A DNA stretch of 64,000 nt. It comes from an uncultured Subdoligranulum sp. (GTDB lineage Bacteria; Bacillota; Clostridia; Christensenellales; CAG-314). The notes beneath the pieces were generated by a model. The model was not told where the DNA came from. It worked only from the letters and a program-made list of their open reading frames with translations, and searched no databases. The position numbers and the translations under genes are program-made. This document shows, in pieces, positions 57,924 to 64,000 of the stretch (position 1 is the stretch's first letter; each line of letters begins with the position of its first letter). The stretch is from assembly GCA_902496185.1 (NCBI GenBank), contig CABUZX010000004.1, positions 6,878-70,877 of the forward strand, read 5' to 3'.

Positions 57924-58751
57924 TCAATTTTTTGGTTGAATTTTTAGCAAGTAAAGGTTATTAGCCAAACTTGCAAATTGCTCGGGAGACAAAGTTTCGC
58001 CCCTTGCGCCAACGTCTATTCCGTTAAGTTGCAACCAATTTTGAGCCGTTGTCCTATCCGTTAAAAAATAGGACATAACGTTGTTGCAAAGCGTTTTGCG
58101 TCTTTGCCCGAAAGCGCATTTTGTCACCTGCCTAAAGTCGTCAAAGCTGTTTACACCCAATCTGTTTGAGCAAAAACGCGCCGTAACAACAGCGCTGTCA
58201 ACGTTGGGCACGGGATAAAACAGCCTTCTGTCAATGTTTCGGGTGAGTTCTGCCTGCGCGACGGAAGCAAGCGCAACGGTAATAGCGCCGTACTGTTTTG
58301 TTTCGGGCTTTGCAACCAACCTTTCGGCTACTTCCTTTTGAAGAGTAAGCGTCAGGCTCTTGATTTTTTGACCTTGTTGAGCTTTTTCTACAAACAAAGA
58401 AACCACCTGCGCAGTAATATAATACGGCAAATTTGCTACCACGGCGTATTCTTCGCCGAGTTCCGAAATTATTTGTTCGTCGCTCGCTCTTAAAAAGTCG
58501 CCGAATACAACCTTTACGTTGTCAAAGTTTTGCAAGTTTTTGTTCAAAATAGGTTGCAGGTCCGTGTCTATTTCAAAAGAAAGCACTTTTTTGGCAACCC
58601 TTGCCAGCCTTGTCGTCAACGCGCCTGCTCCAGCGCCGATTTCCAGCACGCAGTCGGTTGCGTCCACGCCTGAGTCGTCAACTATGCTTTGCAAAAGAAG
58701 CTCGTCCGACAAAAAATTTTGACCGTATTTTTTTTTGAAAACGTGTTGCAT
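57924..58751 (-). CDS. rsmA: 16S rRNA (adenine1518/1519-N6)-dimethyltransferase
   Basis: YGQNFL, EIGAGAGALT and NLPYYIT motifs. Confidence 0.95.
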   Translation of the reverse strand: MQHVFKKKYGQNFLSDELLLQSIVDDSGVDATDCVLEIGAGAGALTTRLARVAKKVLSFEIDTDLQPILNKNLQNFDNVKVVFGDFLRASDEQIISELGEEYAVVANLPYYITAQVVSLFVEKAQQGQKIKSLTLTLQKEVAERLVAKPETKQYGAITVALASVAQAELTRNIDRRLFYPVPNVDSAVVTARFCSNRLGVNSFDDFRQVTKCAFGQRRKTLCNNVMSYFLTDRTTAQNWLQLNGIDVGARGETLSPEQFASLANNLYLLKIQPKN

Positions 58752-58853
58752 TTGTTTTTTTCCTTTAGATAATTGTATTACAAAAATTTTTTCTTGTCAA
58801 CACGCTACGCGTTTTTGACAGTCTCTACGGTCTCTATTTGGTTTAATAATTGC

Positions 58854-58890
58854 AAAAACGGCTTTGGGCGTTTTGTCCAAAACCGTTTTA
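58854..58890 (-). terminator. Rho-independent terminator after the M23 peptidase gene
   Basis: Minus transcript AACGGTTTTGG-loop-CCAAAGCCGTT followed by TTTTG. Confidence 0.55.
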
Positions 58891-58893
58891 TTT

Positions 58894-59556
58894 TTACAAA
58901 TCTAAAATTTCTCTCGGATTGACGTAGTTGCCGTCTTTTTTGAGTTCAAAGTGCAAATGACTGCCTTCAAGCGACTCGTAAGTTGCCGTATTTGCAACGC
59001 ACCCAATTGTTTCGCCACACTCTACCGTGTCGCCAACCGCAACGGAAAGTTCCTCGCCAAGACTGCTATAATACGAAACGTATCCGTCGTCGTGAGTGAT
59101 TTCTACCGTCCAGCCCATACCAAAGTCGTTTGTGACTGCCGTTACCGTTCCGTCGTTTATTGCAACAACCGCAGTACCTTCTTCTGCCAAAAAGTCTATT
59201 CCGTTGTGAACGCTGTATTCGTTGAGCGTCTTTTTAAAAACCAATACGTATTCGCTGTCACGGGAGTAATCCATACCTATGGTATATTGCGCTACGGGCA
59301 AAACGTAAGGCTTGACAGTAGGCTTGTCCTCTACGTCGGGGACAGGCGTCGGAACAACACTTGGCAAATCTACAATCCCCGTATCGACGTCTGGTTTTCC
59401 GTTTACGTCAATGATTATATCCGACGGCTGTTGTTGATTGCTCTTTATTATTATTGCCACGAGAGTTGCCGCAATTGCGCAAGTGACGATAATAATAATT
59501 GCAAGATTGGTTTTTACAAAAGTCCAAAAACCGTTTGATTTTTTTGATGATTCCAT
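58894..59556 (-). CDS. Membrane-anchored M23/LytM peptidase (SpoIIQ-like architecture)
   Basis: An N-terminal TM helix plus a LytM domain with intact metal ligands (VHNGIDF, GSHLHFEL). Confidence 0.8.
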   Translation of the reverse strand: MESSKKSNGFWTFVKTNLAIIIIVTCAIAATLVAIIIKSNQQQPSDIIIDVNGKPDVDTGIVDLPSVVPTPVPDVEDKPTVKPYVLPVAQYTIGMDYSRDSEYVLVFKKTLNEYSVHNGIDFLAEEGTAVVAINDGTVTAVTNDFGMGWTVEITHDDGYVSYYSSLGEELSVAVGDTVECGETIGCVANTATYESLEGSHLHFELKKDGNYVNPREILDL

Positions 59557-59670
59557 TTTTTACCTCCAAGCTGTTTTGTTTTTTAAATGATTTCCCTTTG
59601 GCAAGTTTTTATACCCGTTATTTTGTTTTTTGTTAAGCTACTTTACAATTGATGACCTAAAACAAAAAAA

Positions 59671-60108
59671 TCAAAACGAACCAACGATTAAAGGAAACCC
59701 TATTTTGATTTTTTGAGAGTTTTGGGCAACCTGCATATTTACTTTTTGTCCGTCAATCATCACTCCGCCCGTCAACTTTTGCGAATAACACAAACAAGAA
59801 CTAAACTCCTCGCAAGACTCCTCCTTTACTACCGTCACCGAAAAAAACTCTTGCGCAAGTTGCCAATCCTTTTTTGAAACGCTAATACTTATTGCAAAAT
59901 AATCTTGCGGTAGACTTTTTAGGTCTTGAGACTGACAAAAAACCAATCTGCCTGCGCCCAATTCAATCCACTCTAAATCCGTGTCAACGGGGTAGGAATA
60001 AAAAACCTCCACATCTCCATCAAACAACACCGTAGGTTTGACGGGCAAAAAAGCAAACATACCAAACAAAAACAAAAGCATACACAAAATAAGCGAAAAT
60101 TTTTTCAT
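59671..60108 (-). CDS. Hypothetical exported protein (weak YwmB-like C-terminus)
   Basis: A signal/anchor sequence MKKFSLILCMLLFLFGMFAF. The C-terminal KVNMQVAQNSQKIKIGFPLI resembles the end of YwmB-family proteins; I recognise this only weakly. Confidence 0.45.
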   Translation of the reverse strand: MKKFSLILCMLLFLFGMFAFLPVKPTVLFDGDVEVFYSYPVDTDLEWIELGAGRLVFCQSQDLKSLPQDYFAISISVSKKDWQLAQEFFSVTVVKEESCEEFSSCLCYSQKLTGGVMIDGQKVNMQVAQNSQKIKIGFPLIVGSF

Positions 60109-60161
60109 GCACAAAGTATTTCCGCTTTCTTTAATTTTAAACCATAATAAATTATTTAAAT

Positions 60162-60426
60162 ATGGTCAAATATTGCAATTCTATTAGTTTTTGTGTAGCG
60201 ACAATCGGAGGCGGAAAAATTTGCCGACACGCATATTATTCCCAAACAAATAATACTCCCATATTATTCGCCATACGGCAAACAAGCTCCTATCGTTAGA
60301 AATAACTTAATGGTAGATTTGTCGGACTCGGTTTTGGTGATTTGGGACGGAAAATCCCACGGAGCAAAAATTACCGCGGATTACGCAAAAAAACTCAACA
60401 AACTACTAAACAATATAATAATATAA
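60162..60426 (+). pseudogene. Degraded SLOG/DUF2493-like gene remnant (frameshifted, N-terminally truncated)
   Basis: The frame open over 60199-60426 reads RQSEAEKFADTHIIPKQIILPYYSPYGKQAPIVRNNLMVDLSDSVLVIWDGKSHGAKITADYAKKLNK. This carries the YGK..AP..RN..M and WDGKS.G motifs of DUF2493-type proteins. It has no start codon before 60310. A short ATG ORF (60162, MVKYCNSISFCVATIGGGK) in another frame joins it at the A5 run at 60215-60219. Confidence 0.4.
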
Positions 60427-60460
60427 AATACTTTTTTGTATAATCTTTTCTTTAAAACCT

Positions 60461-60494
60461 AAAACCCCCTAAAGAAAGTTCTTTAGGGGGTTTG
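60461..60494. terminator. Bidirectional terminator
   Basis: ACCCCCTAAAG-AAAGTT-CTTTAGGGGGT with A/T tracts on both sides. Confidence 0.65.
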
Positions 60495-60516
60495 GTTATC
60501 AACAAAATTGTTGCTG

Positions 60517-61395
60517 TTATTTTGCAAAAAATTCTTTCACGTCCTTTGCTAAACGGTCGGGACAATCAACCATTGGCGAATGTCCGCAGTTTTCATAAGG
60601 CAAAAGGGTTGCTTTGTCGCCAAGAGCGTTAAAGTTGTCCATTACCATATAGCTGGGTACGACGACGTCCTTTTCGCCCATTGTAAGAGCCACGGGACAA
60701 ACGATATTTTTAATCGTTCCGTCGCCCTTGCCGTAAGGCGTGTATTCGTCGGACATATTAAGCGTTGCAAGCGCCCAATCAAGGTCCACGAGATTGCGTT
60801 GCTTGAGAGTTTCGGCAATCCAAAGTTCGCTTTGCTCTTTAGTCGGTTTGTTGACGGTATAAATAGTTGCGTCCCACACCGACGCCATCATTGCGCCGTC
60901 TTGTTTTTCAAAAATACTCAGCATTGGGGCAACCTGCATAGGGTCTGTTGCCATTTCTTCCTTGCTGGAATACGGTTTGCCCGTTGATTTGAAATTTTCC
61001 TTAACGTAAAGGGGATAACCTTTAAGCCCTGCGCCTTCGATATCAAAAAACTTTTTAACCTTGTCGGGGTATTTTGCGCACATTTTGAGACCTACTCCAC
61101 CGCCGTTTGACCAACCCACGAGATAATAAGAGTTGATACCGAGTTTTTCCGTAAGAGCGTTTACGTCTTCGGCAAGCTCGTCAAGGGTAGAAAAACGGTT
61201 GACGTAACTACTGTCGCCAAAACCGCGCAAGTCTACGGCAATACACCTGTACGTATCTTTAATGCGCTCAATAAGTGGCAAATAATGCACGGAAGAAGAC
61301 ATGTTTCCGTGGATAAGCAACACGACTTCGCCCTGCCCTACGTCAATATAGGCTAATTCTTCATTACCTATTGATAATTTTTTTTTCATAAACAA
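60517..61395 (-). CDS. Alpha/beta-fold serine hydrolase
   Basis: Nucleophile elbow GWSNGG and C-terminal catalytic His context NCGHSPMVD. Confidence 0.85.
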   Translation of the reverse strand: MFMKKKLSIGNEELAYIDVGQGEVVLLIHGNMSSSVHYLPLIERIKDTYRCIAVDLRGFGDSSYVNRFSTLDELAEDVNALTEKLGINSYYLVGWSNGGGVGLKMCAKYPDKVKKFFDIEGAGLKGYPLYVKENFKSTGKPYSSKEEMATDPMQVAPMLSIFEKQDGAMMASVWDATIYTVNKPTKEQSELWIAETLKQRNLVDLDWALATLNMSDEYTPYGKGDGTIKNIVCPVALTMGEKDVVVPSYMVMDNFNALGDKATLLPYENCGHSPMVDCPDRLAKDVKEFFAK

Positions 61396-61403
61396 CCTCT
61401 TTT

Positions 61404-62225
61404 TTAGATTTTTATTTCTTCGTCGTCAAGATTGACAAAGCCCAACACGAGCGAACAAAACGCCATAGGATTTTCGTACATACTTGCGTGACCGCAACCG
61501 TTTATCGTAACGTAAACGCTGTTTTTTATTTTTTGATGCAAAAGCTGTTGCTCCGTCATAGGCACGAGCCCGTCCTCCGAGCCGGATATAATTAACGTCG
61601 GGCAAGCAATTTCCTCAAGTCTGTCAACGTAATCGTAATCACGAGAGCTGTCCGTCAACCTTATGAGGCTGTCGAGTACTTCCTTGCGTGAAAAATATTT
61701 TGTCAGCGTGCCTTCTCTTGACGCCATCCACTCCGATTGTTTTTCAAAAAACTCGGTAGAATAGATAACGGGTATGGTGGTGAGATAATAAGAATATCCG
61801 TCGCCGGTTTTTGCCACCTCGTTCCACCCGTCGCCGATTTTACGTAGCCAAGCGGAAGTTCTGCCCGCAGTATTTGCCAGCACTAATCTACGCACCTTTT
61901 CGGGATGCTCTACGGCGTATTGAATAGCAATTTCACCACCGTATGAAATACCCATAATATTGACTTTGCTATAAGGAAGAGTCTTTAACAGCTCGTCCAA
62001 CAACCTGATTTGAATTTTGTGGTCGTAACTTTCCGTCAACCTGTCGCTTTGTCCTTGGTCAAAAAAATCAACCAATATCGTCACGTTGTTTTTGGAAAAG
62101 TTTTTTAAAAAAGGCGTCCAGCTTGCCGTTGACATCATTATTCCGTTTAAAACAACCAACGGCTCGCCTTGCGTTCCGCAAATTTTGTAATAAACTTTAC
62201 GTCCGTCAAAATTAAATTCTGCCAT
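61404..62225 (-). CDS. Alpha/beta-fold serine hydrolase
   Basis: Nucleophile elbow GISYGG and GCGHASMYENP. Confidence 0.85.
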   Translation of the reverse strand: MAEFNFDGRKVYYKICGTQGEPLVVLNGIMMSTASWTPFLKNFSKNNVTILVDFFDQGQSDRLTESYDHKIQIRLLDELLKTLPYSKVNIMGISYGGEIAIQYAVEHPEKVRRLVLANTAGRTSAWLRKIGDGWNEVAKTGDGYSYYLTTIPVIYSTEFFEKQSEWMASREGTLTKYFSRKEVLDSLIRLTDSSRDYDYVDRLEEIACPTLIISGSEDGLVPMTEQQLLHQKIKNSVYVTINGCGHASMYENPMAFCSLVLGFVNLDDEEIKI

Positions 62226-62243
62226 TTTTGTCCGTCCTTTGCG

Positions 62244-63548
62244 TTACTCCGCAATAATACCGAGCGAAATAGCTTCCCTTGTGAGTTGCTCTCTAAAGTT
62301 GGGATGAGCAACGGAAATTATCTTACGGGCGCGTTCTGCAAGCCCCGTACCGCGCAAATTGACTGCGCCGTATTCGGTAACCAGCCAGTCCACGTCGTTT
62401 CGAGACAAAGATACCGCCGCGCCGGGTTTAAGCTGACAAACGATTTTGGACGTTTCTTCCCTTTCGCCCGTCGTTGGATTTTTAACCATTGCGGTAGAAT
62501 ACAACGCAATAATTGATTTGCCGTTTTTGGATTTTTGCGCGCCAACCGCCGTGTCGGACTGTCCGCCCGTGCCAGAAAATTGACGAGAACCTATACTTTC
62601 GGAACAACATTGCCCCGTAATATCCACTTCTATCGTGGTGTTGATGGAAACCTGATTGTCGTTTTGGGCAATAACGTACGGGTCGTTGACGTAACCGCCG
62701 TCCAAAATAGCAACGGCAGGATTGTCGTCTATAAAGTCGTACAGCTCTTTAGTACCCATTGCAAAGGCGGCAACCATTTTTCCGGGGAAGGTTTGCTTGC
62801 ATTTGCCGGTAATAACCCCTGCTTTTGCCAGCTTTACCATACCGCCCGTCAGCATTTCCGTATGAACGCCGAGATTTTTTTTGCCCATAAGACTTGCCGC
62901 AACGGCGTTGGGAATACCGCCGATACCAAGCTGAATACAATCGCCGTCGTTTATCATTTCGGCAATAATTTTGCCTATTGCCAAGTCCTTTTCGTTAGGT
63001 TCGGCGTCGGCAATCTCCGGCATAGGATAATCGGCTTTGACTAAATAATCAACGTCGTCGACGTGCAACTGAACGTCACCAAAAGTACGGGGAGCGTTGG
63101 GGTTGACTTCCAAAATAACGGTTTTTGCGCTCTTTATCATCTTCATTTCGTAAGTATTGCTGAGCGACAATGAAACGTATCCGTGCTTGTCGGGCATAGA
63201 CGCAATACCTACGTATACGTCGGGGGTTCTATAAAAAATTCTCTTTGTTGCGGCAAGGTGCAAGTGGTTGGGTATAAAACTCACGTTGCCGTTGGGTTGC
63301 GCCTTGCGGAGAGCAGGAGTATAAAACCAACTTTCCGTCGTAAAGGAATTTTTGTATGCGGGGTTGACCATAAACTCGTAATTACCCATAGGTAGACAGT
63401 TGCTTACAATGACGCCCTTTACTCTGTCGGCAATGGTGTGCAAGTTTGTCATAAAGTCTCTCGCTTCGGCAGAACCAAGTCCCGTTACGATATAATCGCC
63501 ACTTTGTACCAAAGCAAGCGCTTCGGCTGTCGTTACGTATTTTGCCAT
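62244..63548 (-). CDS. Acetyl-CoA hydrolase/transferase family protein (4-hydroxybutyrate CoA-transferase-like)
   Basis: Family-typical GIGGIPNAV and GQCCSESIG...GTGGQ motifs. Start is at ATG 63548 (MAKYVTT) behind an AAGGAGATAA RBS. Confidence 0.85.
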   Translation of the reverse strand: MAKYVTTAEALALVQSGDYIVTGLGSAEARDFMTNLHTIADRVKGVIVSNCLPMGNYEFMVNPAYKNSFTTESWFYTPALRKAQPNGNVSFIPNHLHLAATKRIFYRTPDVYVGIASMPDKHGYVSLSLSNTYEMKMIKSAKTVILEVNPNAPRTFGDVQLHVDDVDYLVKADYPMPEIADAEPNEKDLAIGKIIAEMINDGDCIQLGIGGIPNAVAASLMGKKNLGVHTEMLTGGMVKLAKAGVITGKCKQTFPGKMVAAFAMGTKELYDFIDDNPAVAILDGGYVNDPYVIAQNDNQVSINTTIEVDITGQCCSESIGSRQFSGTGGQSDTAVGAQKSKNGKSIIALYSTAMVKNPTTGEREETSKIVCQLKPGAAVSLSRNDVDWLVTEYGAVNLRGTGLAERARKIISVAHPNFREQLTREAISLGIIAE

Positions 63549-63648
63549 ATTTATCTCCTTTATGTAAATTGCCATTGGCAAATTTTTTTCAAATTTAAAA
63601 ATACTTTTTTAAAAAATTATAGTTTTTGGTATAAAAATTTTTCACTTC

Positions 63649-63673
63649 AGGCACTCCCATTTTGGGAGTGCCT
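63649..63673. other. Perfect 11-bp hairpin between convergent/tandem genes (possible terminator)
   Basis: AGGCACTCCCA-TTT-TGGGAGTGCCT. There is no clear U-tract immediately after the stem on either strand. Confidence 0.35.
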
Positions 63674-63748
63674 TTAGAGAAATCTATTCGGTTACGTTAA
63701 ACTTTAAGCATTCGTGAGAAATGAATTCCTTTTTATATTAACTACGTT

Positions 63749-64000
63749 TTAGCCCGCAATTAAAGTTCTATATTCGTCAATAGACATCAAAGTAAACACC
63801 GTTGCGCTAGTTGCTGCGCTACCTGCAACGGAAGAGATTTGTGTCAAGGCAAAAGAGTCAACACCCTGACGCAAGCCGTTAGCAAAAGAAATGTTGTTTG
63901 CCGTTACGATTTTGTACTCTTGGCTTTCCATAATATCAACGTAGTTTGCTCTGGTCAAAGCTTTGCCGGATTGTTCCAACGCTTTAAGTCCTTGGCAGAA
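63749..64000 (-). CDS. Hypothetical protein, C-terminal part only (5' end beyond the window)
   Basis: The open frame continues to the window edge (...FCQGLKALEQSGKALTRANYVDIMESQEYKIV...SIDEYRTLIAG). I could not assign a family. Confidence 0.5.
   Translation of the reverse strand, partial: FCQGLKALEQSGKALTRANYVDIMESQEYKIVTANNISFANGLRQGVDSFALTQISSVAGSAATSATVFTLMSIDEYRTLIAG

Noticed and set aside
57904-57933. The hairpin TTGAGTTTT-TTGGTT-AAAACTCAA plus T6 tract as a second plus-strand terminator.
   Set aside because: It overlaps the 3' end and stop codon of rsmA on the other strand, and a stronger terminator for the XRE gene already lies at 57756-57801. It may be incidental, so I did not list it as a feature.
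63749-64000. The partial last ORF as a flagellin C-terminus (Ala/Ser/Thr-rich tail).
   Set aside because: It lacks the conserved flagellin C-terminal helix pattern (…LSLLR/…QAN…L-type ending), so I left it as hypothetical.

Overview
This window looks like a chromosomal, mostly housekeeping segment from an AT-rich, spore-forming Bacillota (Clostridia-like) anaerobe. I count about 57 protein genes, 4 tRNAs, one SAM-I riboswitch and a small family of intergenic repeats.

Gene blocks, left to right:
- comFC (partial), recD2, and metK with its S-box leader.
- Nucleoside salvage operon deoC-deoD-deoB-cdd-pdp.
- A Crp/Fnr regulator divergent from a ferredoxin-like gene.
- An OlsB/NAS-type GNAT coupled to an oversized acyltransferase.
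- dnaB (DnaD-type)-dnaI, a membrane protein, and split transketolase.
- One roughly 9 kb same-strand string, citD-citE-citF-citX-citC-citG-aconitase-icd.
- argS, an NhaC-family antiporter, and tRNA fMet-Met-Glu.
- A PlsC-like acyltransferase, DUF1294, an ABC-F ATPase, an SDR and tRNA-Val.
- A membrane-anchored XRE regulator followed by a BclA-like collagen-repeat protein.
- mpg, addB-addA, an orphan nrdG-like activase and a TerB-like ORF.
- tadA, an M14 peptidase, rlmH, a CPBP protease, an MBL hydrolase, ychF and uppP.
- spoIIGA-sigE-spoIIE.
- An unknown helical protein with a PPP phosphatase, then a small XRE repressor.
- rsmA, an M23 peptidase and a YwmB-like ORF.
- A degraded SLOG/DUF2493-like remnant.
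- Two alpha/beta hydrolases with a CoA-transferase, and a partial last gene.

I see no CRISPR array, transposase, integrase, prophage block or recognisable canonical defence system. The candidates for new biology are modest:
- the N-acyl-lipid gene pair;
- the collagen-like protein and its regulator;
- the cit-acn-icd supra-operon;
- the leaderless XRE with twin palindromic operators;
- a composite intergenic repeat family;
- an initiator tRNA with a mismatched T-stem.

Everything rests on reading the sequence and on motif recognition. No database search was run.
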